From positions 1,798,001-1,862,000 of the forward strand of contig OZ287756.1 in the NCBI GenBank assembly GCA_965649765.1: a stretch of DNA of 64,000 nt. Direction: 5' to 3'. This document shows positions 42,501 to 57,500 of the stretch, one piece after another. Both the position numbers and the translations under genes were made by a program. Within the stretch, counting starts at the first letter, position 1, and each line of letters opens with the position of its first letter. Source of the DNA: Bispira polyomma. Taxonomy: Eukaryota. The notes under the pieces were generated by a model that was given only the letters and a program-made list of their open reading frames with translations, had not been told where the DNA came from and searched no databases.

Positions 42501-45500
42501 ATGTTAGTCAAATTGAAAGTGCCAATAAAAGTGCCAATATCTCGCTTAATATTGGTCCTCAAGGTTTGTGATCTGAAAGCAACCTATGGGAAATCATGAG
42601 CAGGGAATCTTTTGATGTGCTCAGATTTGACCTTAGGCTTCTTCTTCAAGGTCAAACAGGGATGACCAAACTTAAAAGTGCCTATATCTCACTTATTATT
42701 GGTCCAAGAGCTTTGGAGTGCCAAACTAACCTATAGAAATTCATGGGCTAGAAATCATTTGATGTGATCAGATTTGACCTTGAACCCCTTGTTCAAGGTC
42801 AAATACGGATGGCCAAACTTAAAAGTGCCTATATCTTGCTTATGATTGGTCCTTGAGGTTTGGAATAATAAACTAACCTGTAGGAAATCTGGGAATCTTT
42901 TAATGTGGTCTGATTTGAACTTGGGCCCCTTGTTCAAGGTCACTTTTTAGTTAAACTTAAAAGTGCCTATATCTCGCTTATTTTTGCTCGTGTTTAGGAT
43001 GTGAAAACAACCAATAGAAAATCATGGGCTGGTAATCTTTAGCTGTGGTCAGTTTTGACCTTGGACCCCTTGTGCAGGTTTGGGGTAGGTAGGCCAAACT
43101 TGTAAGTGCCTATCTAACACTTTTTATTGGTCCCACATGTTTGCAATGTGAAATCCACCTAAGGCATAAATGCATAAATCATAGGCTTCTAGGTTAGGTA
43201 GCAAGAGGGGTTGCTACATAGAGTGCTTTGTCTTTCTGGTGGATACAATTATGCATCGGTTCTCCCATGCGCTAGGTCTAGTTATATTTGGTATTATTTG
43301 TCTGTGGGCCAAAATAATGAGGTACAAATCGCTCCATCTCGCACCGTTTACTAAATAGTGGATATTTCTAAAAAAAGAGGTGGAAATTTAAAATGGCTGC
43401 CAAAATTGTAAAATTTTGTAAAAAGCTGTCAGAGATCTAAAAGAGCATGTGAGTCAAAAATTAGGTCAAAATCGCTGTATCTCGCACTGTGAAACATTGT
43501 CATATACTCTGAACAAGATACCCTCAGGCCGAAAATGAGGTCGAAATTGCTCTATCTCGCACCATTTACAAGATAGTGGACAGAAAAAGATGCGGAAATT
43601 CTAGATGACCAGCAAAACCATCTGAACGTTGTTATAAACACTAAACAAGATTCACAAAAATTCAAGATGGCTGCCGAAATCGTAAAATTTGTAAAAGTTG
43701 TCATAGACCCCGAACAAAATACCATGTGTCCAAAGCACTCTACCTCTTAACATTTAAAATACAGCAGACATTTTCGGGATGCAAAAATTTAATATGGCTG
43801 CCCAAATCGTAAAATTTGTGAAAAGTTGTCATACACCCTGAACAAGATAGCTTATGAGCCAAAAATAAAGTCAAAATTCCTCTATTTTGCGCCATTTAGG
43901 ATTGTAATTAGACTTTTATTGCGTCTAATCTCCCCTTAAGAAAGGGGACTCTAAGGCGCACCAGCACAAAACACAGTAATCCAATTTCCAAAATCAAGGG
44001 ACAGAAAAGGGTCAGCACCACAGAGCGCACCGGGGGATGATTGAGACTAAAGTGGGTATGCTTTAGTGTACAAGTGGGTTTTAAGCTTCGTTCTAAAACA
44101 GGCTAGTGAGGGGGAAGCACGAATCACATCAGGAAGAGCATTCCAAACAACAGGAGCATCAAATGCAAACCTGTGACCAAACTGTTTAACCAACTTTTGA
44201 GTAGATGGGTGGAACTTCAGAACAACAAGGAAATTACTACCACTCTGACTATGTCTGGTATTGTAGGAACTACTGTAAGTGGAAAGATATGGGCAAAATA
44301 TTTTGGAAACCCAGTGTGAAGAAACTTATAAACAAGTGTAGCTGTCTTAAACACTGAACGCTGTTCAACAGGGAGCAAATGCAATTTCTTAAGAACAGGA
44401 GTTATACTGGTGTATCGACTGGTGTTTAACACAATTCTAGCTCCACTATTTTGAATGCATTGTAATTTACGTAAATTAAACTTTGAGAGACTCCTGAAAA
44501 GTGAATTGCAGTAATCCAGTCTACTACTGACAAAAGCATTGGCCACAAGTATAGAAGCATCACAAGTGAGAAACTGCCTGACACGTCTAAAGTCCCGGAG
44601 TTGCACAAAACAGCTTTTGCAGACACTCTGAACGTGTTTAGAGAAAGAGAAGTCAGAGTCAAACCATACACCTAGGTTCCTGACAGAATCAGTTGGGCTG
44701 AAAGGGCTACCCAGAATGTGAACTGGAAACAATGCTTTCAACTTATCCCTCTGTTGTTTTGAGCCAAAGATTATGAACTCAGTCTTGTCGGGATTAAGTT
44801 TGAGTTTACCAGTTGACATCCACTCTTTCACATCGTCAAGGCACCTGTTCAACTGTTCAAAGGCAGTAGATGTGATTTTTATGGGATAGGTGCACATAAA
44901 TTTGGTTATCATCTGCATAAAAATGAAACTTTATACCTGTGTATTTGCTAATAACCAATCTGAGAGGGGCAGTGTATAATGAGAACAACAGAGGGACCAA
45001 AACAGAACCTTGAGGAACACCGAAGAAGAGTTCACAAAGATCGGACAAAGTAGAGCCAATTTTTATCGACTGATAACGATCAGTTAAGTAGGAAGTGAAC
45101 CATTTAAGAACAGAGCCCCCAACTCCAAACCAAGTCTGAAGACAACTGAGAAGTATGGAATGATCAATGGTGTCAAAGGCAGCAGAGAGGTCGAGCAATA
45201 CCAGGGCAGTAGGTTCCCCTTTTGACAAAGATAGGTGAACTTCATTTTTTATAGACAGAAGAGCTGTCTCAGTTGAATGAGCTGTTTCATACGCAGACTG
45301 GTATGGGTTGTCTAAGTCGTGGACAAAGATGTGATCTAACAGTTGCCTAACAACCACATATTTCAACCAGGATATAGTGGACATTTCCGGAAACAACGCA
45401 AAAATTCAAGATGGCCGCCAAAATCATAAAATATACCCTTAAAAATAATAAAGCTGTAAAAATGATATCCTTTGGTCCAAAAATGAGGTAAAAATCGATA

Positions 45501-48500
45501 TATATCACACCGTTTGGAATACAGCAGACATTTCAAAAACTCAAGATGACCGCCTAGACTGCAAAGATTATACCTGTGGGCAAAAAATGGGGTCGAAATT
45601 GCTCTATCTCACACCATTTAGGGGATAACGGCACCAGCAGCTCGTGCAACTGTCCAATTCCACCCCCCCTTTAGCACAAGTATCAACACACATGCAGCTT
45701 ATATAAAAATCCAATAACAAGTTGGGTGTTGCTAGGGATGGGAAGGAGGATGGAAAATAAAATTCATCTAAATGCCCAATAAGTTAAGAAATATTAAATC
45801 CACGATCACAAAATTGAAACTACACACTAGACAACACTAGTAACCCTACCAAGTTTCAGGCCGAAAATATCTTCTATTTTTTAAAACTTTGCTGTCCTCA
45901 ACGGTTGCTAGGCAAAAGAGCCTCTAGATATCTGTCATTTGATTGTAAAACAGCATAGCGTTATTTCTGATAAACTATAAGTGACGCATTTGACGTTGAA
46001 ATTAAGTTTTTCACGTAGATTTACCCAGGAAACGTAACGTAACTATGGTGTTGCCCTTGCTACTTTTTAAAGATATAATTGCTAAAATAATTTATTTTAA
46101 AATAACATTCATTCAGTATAAAACCTAAGATGGGAAGATCAGAATAATCATTTCTAGAGCCCTAGCTTTCCATAAATGCCAAAAAACTGTGCAACAACGT
46201 CCTCAGTCATTTAAACACTTCACATTTCACAATGATCGTGATAATAAGCAATTTCGTAACACATCTTTAAACATTTGTCTGCTGATAACGACGGAACTCT
46301 GATGAAGAACCTTTTCTCCTATCAGACTATTCTTTTGTATACTGATTGGGATGTGTGCCACAGAGGATGCCTGCTGATTGCAGCGCTATATAAGAAAACG
46401 CATTAATCTTAATGCATTAAATTAAAGTCCAAGTGTAACTTTTAATAATTTATTGTGATGATTACTATTCCATACCTGGTATCCTGAAAGCAGCGACCTG
46501 TCCTGGGCTGAGAAGACTTACAATTTGTTTGAGGTTGTCGGGTTTATCAAGAGGGCCCTTCACAATGGTCAACTGACTAAGACTACTGGAGGCAAAGCGG
46601 CTGCAATAATCCCTGAAAACAAAATGTAGAGTGTCAAATTTACATTTTTGACAGCTATATTTTTACATCTACCAGTCGACAGTGTTTGTAGACACTATTT
46701 TTTTTTACTGTGCTTCAATTCTGCCTATTTTGCAAAGTATGTATTAGTCCCTACTAATTTTGAAATGCCGAGAGTGGTGTGTGTTTCAGTCACTTCCGCT
46801 GTATGGAACATGTTACTTCGGAATTTCTTTCAGTAAATAGGAAGGCATAGAAAACAATGGAGTGGTCACATTATATGAACACATAATTTCAAATACGTTT
46901 ACCTTCTACAAAACCAAACATCATATTCATTTTAGTAAATATTATATTTATATACAAAGTCCTTACATTTGATTTCTTTTACATTTCCAAATTAGAGTGT
47001 TTACTCTTGCACTATATTTGTGCAGAATGTTACAGTGAAGCTCTTTAATAATATTCTCTATTCTAATCACCAATGGTAATGTGTATATTTTTGGCCAGTA
47101 ATTGTCTTCCAAATAATATTCACCTGCATAAAAGGATGCTTTGCTTTACAATTGAGTATTGAGTATATTCATGCAAATTTACCATAAGTCTGTAAGTATT
47201 ACTTAAAACTATGTAATATAGATTGATCAATTTGATCCTGTACCAATCACAAACAAATACAAATTCTTTCCAATTGCATATATTTAAATAGGTATGATTA
47301 AATATTCTTAAACTTTAAAACTGCAAAGGTGTATACAACATCAATGTATCTGAAGGAATTTGAATATATTTGAGCTTTATGTGACTTTTACACTTAGTGA
47401 AACCAATGGATATACCTGACCGCGCTCACAAACATCTTTGCAACCAGGCTGTGTGAAAACAGACATGCTGGAAGGATCAAACTCCGCATGCCAGCTTTTC
47501 CCGCTGCTTTAAGGGACTCAAAAAATGCCTCCTGCAGCTCATGTTTGGCTAGCGAATCTGAGAAAAAAGTCGGACAGAGGATAAAGTAAAATAGCATTGT
47601 ATTGAGGTGTAGCAAACTCTCTATAGAAATCAATAAGTTTGACCAGGAACTATTTCTTACATCTGTGATGCACCATTGGATCAATGATCGATTAATCAGT
47701 GGTGAGTACTGGATCAATTAATCAATACTTTTTTACTGGTATAGCTTTATCATGGTACACTTCAAAGGAACACTAAAATATACAACAAATTTTTACTGTA
47801 CTTGTACTAGTTCGGAATATAAGTTAAGAAATTCAAATGACAACACATGTTCCCCATACTTCCTGGTGACATCAGAGGAAACACAACATGAACAATCCTC
47901 TGGAACGATAGATCCCCCGCACCAGACACATAGACCTCACCCACACGGAGATTTCCATGGGTGGTCACATGGTCACTGCATTCCTTGAGGATGGAACAAC
48001 CCGCTAGACACGCAACAAAAACAAAGAATTTGGTTTGACTTTACCTCACTTTGAACAGCTTAGGTCATATCATGATGGCCAGATATATTTGTCGAGCAGT
48101 AGTTGTTCAGCACTGTAAACCACTGACCTGTGGCAAGTACCTTATAAACTTTCCCACATAAAGGAACAAACGTGACTTTAAACCACATTTGTAAGAGGCG
48201 AATAATATTAAAGTTCATGTACTGACATATTTTACTGCATATTACTGGGCGAACTTCAAAAATATAGGAAATGTTTTAAGCAAATGCAACATTGTTATAT
48301 GCGGGAATGAAGTTACATTAGCAGAGTGTATGCATGAGCACAGCAGCTTAGCTCGTAAACAAACTATAAAATATTGAACACCGATGGAAATTATTAATAG
48401 CTATACAAGTTTTACTAGGATTGATCAAATTTGATCCCAAATTATATTATGCCTTGAATTGTGTGATATCAATGGGTATATCCTTTGTCAGCAAATGTAA

Positions 48501-51500
48501 AAGAGCAATACCTTTTCGGATTTTTTAGTAATAGTCAAAGATAATCTATATACAAAAATATATTAAACATTCAACACAAACAAGATGAAGTAGTGAACAA
48601 AAACCTTGAGTTACTTGATAATATTTTTAATCAAAGAATTGAGAAATATCATAAATTTAAAGTTACAATACCATTGTACAACCAGGTATGAGTAATGTTT
48701 GTTTGTATAGTACTGTATCTACAATGTTACTATAACTTGTAAATGTCTTTCTGTTGTTGTTATTGATAAACAAATAAATGTGAAAAAAATGGCGATATAA
48801 TCTCGCCATTGACTATTCTGTATACAAATATTTATATGAGTACTACACGGAAAGTGACCACAATGTATTCATTGTGGTAATACATTTATATATAAAAGCT
48901 CTACCCCCTTTTTTGACATAAATAATCCAATATTGCACAGCATGAATGTTATGCCTATCAATTGCTAGTTTAGCATCTACATGCAACAGTGTTACCTGCA
49001 CTAACGAGTTTATCTGCCAGGTTGTCTGTGTGTGACAATGCTTTAGTTGCGCTCACTAACAGCATTTCTCCATCCAGTTTCAAGATGTTGTCCTGAATGA
49101 TCTGTAATCTCAAGCGGCCCATTTCAAGCATGATATTTACCAGCTCCAATGGAGATTCTCCAGAGTCGTACTGCCAACTATCATCAGAAGTGGCTTGATC
49201 TGCTTCTTTTTCAATGGCCACCTAGAGTTATACAGTGAAACTTCTGTTAATCCAATTTGGGGTCTCATATGGGACTTAATCGGTAGTGGATGTACACAGT
49301 GTTGGATGTAAATGTTAGCTTATTGAAACATGTTTAAAACTAGTTCAAAATTTGTATCAACATGCACATAATCACAGACACATCCACAAGATTGCTCAGA
49401 CTATCGGCAATAAGTTTAATCAGTTGACCTGTCACAGCCAACACTGTTTAGATCCACCACCACTCAAATGTAGTGAAAAAAGAGTTGGTCTGGTGATGAA
49501 AAGGTCCCAGTTTCAATCCCTCTTGGGACAGGTGTTCTAGTGATTTAAAGGTACCTGGTTCGATTCCCACTAATGCTGCTAGGATTAATTGATGGAAAAA
49601 GATCCATGATGGAAAAACATTGCCTACTGATGACAACCAATGCTTTGTTGTAGGACTATCCTTTTTGGGGAAGAGGATTATATATCAACAGGACACTGTA
49701 TAAATGCTTCAACAATAATAATAATCCACAAATCCTAGCATCAATAAGGCACGTTAAAAATCTACAATACAATACAAAAATACAATTTTATCTAATATAC
49801 ATTCCTCTCTCCCACGAAGCCTTATTTTAATTGTTCTCTGTTTTTAGCTGAATGTACTCTCATAATGTACTCTCCCAAATTTCATCTTTCGTGGCTTTTT
49901 GTGAGACTCTAAATAATTCTCCACAATTAAATAATCAATTGATTTATTGAGTTAGACTTATATATAGGTGTTTTAACTGTACAGTTAACCGTCATGAGTA
50001 AATATCTCCAAATAGTCAACAGATATCTGTAAGGAACAGTTTGTTGCATTATGTGAGTGTTCACTACACATATGATATACCTTTCTGTGTGAAGACTTGG
50101 CCTCGAGTCTGATATGATTTATGTTAACCTAACTTGCTTGGCTTACAAGAGGGGGGAAATCTTGCCACTGATCTCAATAATGTCCAGACTGAAATAAAGT
50201 TACAGCTCTGGAAGGTTTCAATCCATAGACCTGCCTTTTAACGAGGCAGATGCTCAATAGTTGAGTTGAAGGGAAAAGCAACAGTTATTGCGCACATATG
50301 CATTAAGATATTATATACCTCTTATTCGCTAAAACCTGTCCCAAGGTATTATACTACTACATCATGAATCTATGCAACTCGCTTGGCTGAGAGGAGGGAT
50401 CCTGGGGCATCTGAACAATATAAAAATAAATGTAAACTATAAAGCAACAAAATTACACCTCAGCTGGGATTTAATCTCTTGTTTTCCCGCTCACCAGGCA
50501 GATGCTTTACGTTTAAGCTAGAGGGAACCCCCAGAAGTTATTATGGGTACATATACACTGGGATATTATAATATTTACCTGGTTTCTATTTTCCACAGCA
50601 ACTAACTGGCTTTGACCGGCACTTTCATACTTGAAGTAGGTAGGCATGCCCGGCTTTTTCACTTCATAGGACTTAATCTTCACCGTGTCAAGTAGCTTAT
50701 GGATCTCTTCTTTTGCTGCTTTGATGCCTTCCTGGGAACCTTTGATGGACACACCTACAAAGTGATTTGTCAACTAAACTTTGAATTTAGCTAGTTTGTA
50801 CGTCATTTTCAAAAGGCTTACAAACATAGTATCAGTATAGCATCAGAGCACTTGATCGCAAGGTGGAGTCTATGTTATCTGAATATCCAATACAGGTTTC
50901 CCTCCAAACCTTAAAAACTATGTTGGCTTCTATTTCATTATCAAATTCTGTTTAAAATTCATGTCACAACTTTTAAAGCTGTAGTCTGTCACAAGCCCTC
51001 CTACTTTTTTACATGTCTTTCTTTCACGAATCTTGAAAGAGAGAGAGAAGAGAGACTTTCTGTTTCAAAATTTTCTCAATACCTGCCCTTAGGTTATTGA
51101 ACAGTTTGACGTGACATAAGTATGACGTTTTCGTGGCAGATAAGGGCCATGTGATACAATAAACCGTATCACCCGGTGGTCGTAAATGTGTATATGAAAA
51201 CTCCAGGAGTTACTGGAATTTGCAATGTTTTTAGCATCAATTTTTCAAAATATTATAGACAGAAAGTAAATAAAATGTGAATACTTGAGAGTATATTAAA
51301 CTCGATTTTTAGTTGATAAAATGTATACTTAACAGTAAATATATACCTTAAACAACATTATGGTATAGTAAACTCGAAAATCAATTTTAGTGCTTCATAA
51401 ATACGAGTTTGAAGTTAATTCTTTATGGTATCAACTCTGTATTTCAACTCCCACATATTTATGACCTAGCTATGTCTTTTGTACTTCCACATTGTAAAAT

Positions 51501-54500
51501 ACAATACACATAATATAAGATCATCCACTGCACTATCCATGATGGTAAAAGTGACATAACCAAATTACTACATTTATGAAGCTCAGCCTACCTGAGCGAG
51601 AGTTGTTGTGAGCCTTTAACATGACAAAATACATGCTGAGTTTTTCTGCAATGCGCTGTAAGTTGCCAGTGTTAGGCAGTAAGCGAGCCATTGCCTTCCT
51701 TGTGACCACAAAATCCTCTTCAATAACGTTGGACTTCAGGAAGCCTGTCAGTGTGTTGTACACTTCATCGTGTATGTCTTCAGTGCAGAGAATCCTCAGG
51801 GAACTAAACACCACAATGGAATACAAGTAAAAATATATTGTAATCTCAATCTATGCAAATTCTTGTTGTTTTTTTTTCCAATATGGTCGTCCGTAATTGA
51901 CTTTGGTCTTAATATTGATAAATTATATTTATATTTACACTAAGTTAGATACAGTAGGCATATCGCTTACTCAAACTAAAATTTTCGAATAAGCACCGTC
52001 TCTCTACGTTATGAGATGGCAGATGACCTAGCGTACAGGTTTAAACCAATTCCAGGTGATCGTCTAGTATCTAGTTATTATCCACTGTGACGTCAGTATA
52101 ACATTGTCGTGGCTGAAACAGGCCGGGTAATACAATGAACCATATCATCCTGGTGCCTATAAATGTACATATGAAAACTCCAGTAGTTACAGGAATTTGC
52201 AATGTTTTTGGCATTAATTTTTTGCAATATTTCAGACATAAAGTGAATATAATGGTATATTAAACTCGATTTTAGTGCTTTATAAATAGGTGTTTAAAGC
52301 CAATTCTTTATGGTATTTCCAACTTTGTATTTCTTGGCTTTTCCATTTGTATTGTGACGTCATAATGGAAGGTTTTCAAACGTAAACAAAGACTATATCT
52401 GGTTTGGGGTTGTTTTAATATTGCCATAGTAAACAAATTAATTCATTAAGTGTTTAAATATTTTCACATATACAAAATATTAGCATTATCCAATGTTATT
52501 GTATACAAAACAGAATTTTTAACTCTGTAAAAGTTTGTATTTGAAGCTAATTCCTTAAGATGACAAGTCATTACCTTTTGTTTGTATTATATAATTTGCA
52601 GTGACTTTTCACTATTTTGTGTTTTTTCTAACTTTTTTGTGTTAAAATTTGACCCATATAAGCTAAATAATTACATTTTATAAGCGAATAATAAAAGAAA
52701 AACCACCCTTGTGGTGTATATTAAAAGCTATTAGACTAAAGAAGATAAAACACACAATACTTGCCCCACAGGGCCCTGATTATCTTCTTTCATCATCTAT
52801 TTTTAGTATGCACCACTCGGGTAGTATTACTATTATCTACTGCTTTAATTTACATCTGGCGTTACATTAGAATATAAGTAGAACATTTTTAACAAAAAGT
52901 AACTTGACTAAAGATACTATTAGCATAGTATTCATATTTATACTGATTTAAATTGTTTGCTAGCCCATTCTTGACTGCCCAAGTACAGTCAACCAGTAGT
53001 ATTGTCATTTCTTAAACTAAAGAGGGAGGCTTGGGAATGGTCATTTATCAATACACCTTGAAGGATCTTTAGTCTGCCACTGGGGATAGGACCCAATGAC
53101 ATATACTGTTAACTGGTGTTATCTGCTTGTAACTGGTCGGCCCGGACAAGGATCAAACCCTCTGTAATTTTCTGTACGTGTTCCTAAGCTGGTGGGTTAC
53201 CCACTGGGTCACATCAGAAGAAGTATTCAGAGAATATAAGTGACCAAGCAATATGTTTATTAGGGTCGTTTACTGTGCCTCTCTTTTTCCTCTCTCCATT
53301 TGGGTAACCTCATCAACATGGCATCATCGTCCTTTAGGGGCAGGCTCTGATCACAGATACACTCGACGAGAACACTCAAGGCGGAGGTCAGGGTCTGGTT
53401 ATCACCACCATAAACCGTCAGTGTCTCACATCCTACATCAAAGGTCACCTTGGAATGACCTTTGGCCTTCAGCACAGATTCAGCATAGTTTGAGACTTCA
53501 GGGACTTTGAGCATGTCAGCGATCTCAGGTATCACTGCCTCGTACTTTGTTTTTATTTGTTTTGTATATCGATGCATTTCCAACTAAATAAAAAGGCAGA
53601 GAAGGACAAAACAGCTATAGTGTTATAAAATTGAGTTTTGGGCAATGTGGGCCACGGTTTGAGGTATTGATAGACAGCTTGTGGTCCCAAAAGGATTTTC
53701 TGATGGTATTTTCTGCTACTGGCTGTCATATTTGCTAATGACGTCAGCTTTCCATCTTCAAATCTGTGCCATGGGTAAAAAATACAGTAGCGCATCTATT
53801 ATCCAAACTTCTGTTGTTCGAATATCTTTTGGATGAACAAATCCACTGTATAAGGATAAATGCAGTGGAATCTTTATCATCAAAAGTTATATTAGGGGCC
53901 CTGATGCCTAAGTTGTGATAAGTGTTAGCTACATAATCACGGGCCTTTCACCAATGTGGGTTTTAGATCCAGTTGGTTCCTTCTTGTTGAAAAGTTTTTA
54001 TGTTTTTTGCCATAGGTCGGTGGTTACAGTACTTCAACACTGGTTTCTTCCACAATTAAATTTGGCTGCCATAATATGACCTAAGTTCTTAATAATGATG
54101 TAAATCCCAACTAGATCCAAATTTTTAAAACCCAAATACAAACCAGAAAACGTTTTTTGATAACAAAAACAAAGCGTCCCTGAAGTTAAAATAATAATAA
54201 AGTTGTTGAGTTGTTGAGTACAATGATTCAAATTATTTTAAAAGTTAACAGCAGAATTAACCCTGTGGGTCAAAAATGAGCTCAAAATCAATCTATCTAG
54301 CATCGTTTCTGAGATAACGGACGTTTTTAAAAAAAAAAAATTTAGGATGGCTGCTAAAATCGACAAATTTTTAAAAAGCATAATTGAAACGCACAATATA
54401 CCCTATGGGTCGAAAATGAGCTCAAAATTGCTCTATCTAGCACCGTTTCCAAGACAATAGATTTTTAAACAAAACACCTGAATTTTCAAAATTTTTGAAA

Positions 54501-57500
54501 GTTAAATTGTTTCATATCAGAAATGATCACATATTTTTGGACAGGGTAAAAAATAAATGAAAATTTAGGCTATACTTTAAAACATGTACTGGTCTAAAAA
54601 TTAAAAATACCTAAAACCCCCACTCACTGAAAAAAAAACCATCAACACTTTTTTTCTCATTTTATACGCTTGATCTACCTTGTCAGTCAGTCAATTATCA
54701 CCAGATTGATCTGCGGACAAGAATTTACGGACATCTATGCTTTGGTATTTCCAATGTGTATGTCAAATTTCATTAAACTATGACACGTACATCAAAAGAA
54801 AAGTTAATACAAGTGCAAGATAGAGCAAACTAGAGCAAACTACTCATTTGAAGTATTCAGTACTTATTACTGGACATAAGCTGTGAGATTTTTACATCAT
54901 GCATAACTTATGAATAATTTATACCAAAAGAAAGCCGAAATCCCAATAGTTTCCGAGATAACAAAAAAGTACCAATGTTTCGCATTTCAAAAAAAGATAA
55001 ATCGATCGGTAATCGGTCATTGACCATTTGATTAATCTCAGTCATTTAGCATTTGATTAATCTCAACAGCATCTATTGCTAGAAAATTTCCTTACCAAGG
55101 TACATGCCAAATTTCATGGAGCTATGACAAATACTTTCTGAGAAAACCTAGAGACAAGCACTTTTATAGCCCCAGGGTCAAAGCCAAGAATTTGAAAAAA
55201 TTTCCCACTCCTGGTAAAGAGAACTGCCAAAAAAAGGTCAATGCAGATAATATTAAACGGGATATTCAAGGAAGACCATGCAGCGTCAGCGGCCGCAGCG
55301 AGGAAACTAGAGGTAAAACCAAAAAAGTGCTCTTTCAAGGGACACCTAATTAACAGGTATATTGTGAAGGTGAAGACAGACATTCTCTGTTTAGAATTTC
55401 TGGAAAGAATTGCACAGAAAAAAAGAACATTATCATTCACTCATTTTGAAAAACAACTCTGACTATAGGAAATTATGTTTGCAAACAATATCCTTCACAA
55501 GGTTAATGACTGTATGATCTGACTTTGTAACAGCTTTACTAAAGCAGTCAATTAGTTCAAATTTGTTTACTAATTGGATTAACTAAATGTGTATGGCCTT
55601 CAGACCATCCACCTCTCTGAACATTTCTACTTTACCATACAAACCAATTATCTCGAACAAATTAAAAACCTGGTACAAACTTGGAGTCCTAGTCAGTACA
55701 TCTCTACCAAAGGATTTTCTCTTTTTGCATATCAGTGCCTTAGAGGATGTTTTTCATTAATTTAGCCCCATATAAATGCTACAATTATTATTATTATTGA
55801 TGTTCCACTGACTTCAATCACAAGCATAATAATCACAATAAGTAGGATAAAGTATTTTAAAAATTACTCTTCAACTCAAAAAGCCAAAATAGGCAGGAAA
55901 AAAATTGCAGACCAATATTTCATCTGTGCTTGGTTTTTATGTTAATGTTGTATGTAAAATAAATGAAGACGTGTCCACATACTATGTAGTTAACCCACAC
56001 CAATCAGCCTAATAAAATACCATTTAACAGAAACATCATTATTTAAAATAACAGTGGCATCAACATGCTCCTGGATAGAAATCATGTAGTAAAACTTATT
56101 GACTTTTCTGCTGCATTCAATACAATTAATCACAAAATACTCCATAAATGTCTTAATTGTTGATTTGGTTGATCATACTCTGTTCTTCAATGGATTGAAA
56201 GATTTCTAGATTGTCATGGTCAAGTTATCTGGGTTGGTAGACCAAGTCATCTCAATCATCTATCATGCTTTTGGTGTCCCACCGGGCTCTGTCTGTGGGC
56301 CTTTCTTTTTTCAATGTACACAATCCCACTCTAATGCAGATGATACACAAATCTACTGCTACCTCAGCTAAAAATATTATTCCAAAGTCCTTGAACAGAT
56401 GCCACACATCAATTGAATCCTGGATGAATCATTCCAAATTGAACTTAAACAGAATTTATACTTATTGGTTCTAAATATGCGAGGGAAAGGTTCAAAAGTT
56501 CTTTTTACTTTTTTTTATCCTCAAAAATAACACTCTTCCTGCTGATAGTACCAAAAAGCTGGTATCACTTTTGACTCTGATTTCTCATTTTAAAAAATCT
56601 GTTAATCCAGCTACTGGGACATTTTAACTTTCATAGAGTTTGCTACCACCAAAATTTTGGATGATATTATTGGACATGGGGCAAATAAACCAGCAACATC
56701 AAATTCAAAACAATCTCTGCACAATTGTATGCCATACTGGTCCGCATTTCACACCACTCCTTTGCTTATAAAACTGCACCACCTACAGTTGCATTCCATA
56801 TAAAATTCAACACAAGAAATCAGTTGAGTGTTACTGTGTCGCCTGCTCTTAGATAAGTTGGAGAGAAAAAAAAATTGTATGAACGCAGAGAAGTATAAAC
56901 CAAGCATCCAGTGGTACCATCACTTTTAATTTATGGATTTTCGCCAGGTGGAGCTAGTATACACTACTAATTTCACTTCAAAGCATTTCAAAATTTACGA
57001 GACCGAAAAAACGTTCTTTACAAAATAAATATTTCATTTTCATGAGATTGTGTTAGTTTGCTGCTCTAGTGAAGTAGACAATATTGACGAAAACTGTTGT
57101 CAAGCTCAAATATTAACTTAAAGTGAATGAAGTTCATGAAGCAGTTTTGGAGTTAGAGTCCGGAAAGGCTAAAATATGCTGCAACCTTAAAGTCATCATA
57201 AAATTTTAACTCTTAGGAGTTCAAGGCCACCATATTTTAAGGTTCCTCATCAGGTCCATATACATCTGTTTACGAAATATGAATAAAATCCCTTAAACTG
57301 TTTTCCAGTTAAAGTCCGAAAACGAAAGTGTGCAGAATCTCAGGTTTAAAATAATTTAAAGTTGCAGCACCTGCTGAATGCAATTGTCTTCTTGCCAATT
57401 TTATACTTAATCACACGGATTACGAGCTTCCCCAAAAAACTGAAAACATATCAGTATCAACTGATTTGTCTGCCTTAACATTTATCTGCGCATGATGGAC

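Noticed and set aside
49480-49600. tRNA gene
   Set aside because: Only a B-box-like motif; I could not form a cloverleaf, so a SINE head fits better.
50335-50410. GC-richer patch with a TTCAG acceptor on the minus strand
   Set aside because: Has a stop codon in the required phase, and the neighbouring exons join in frame without it.
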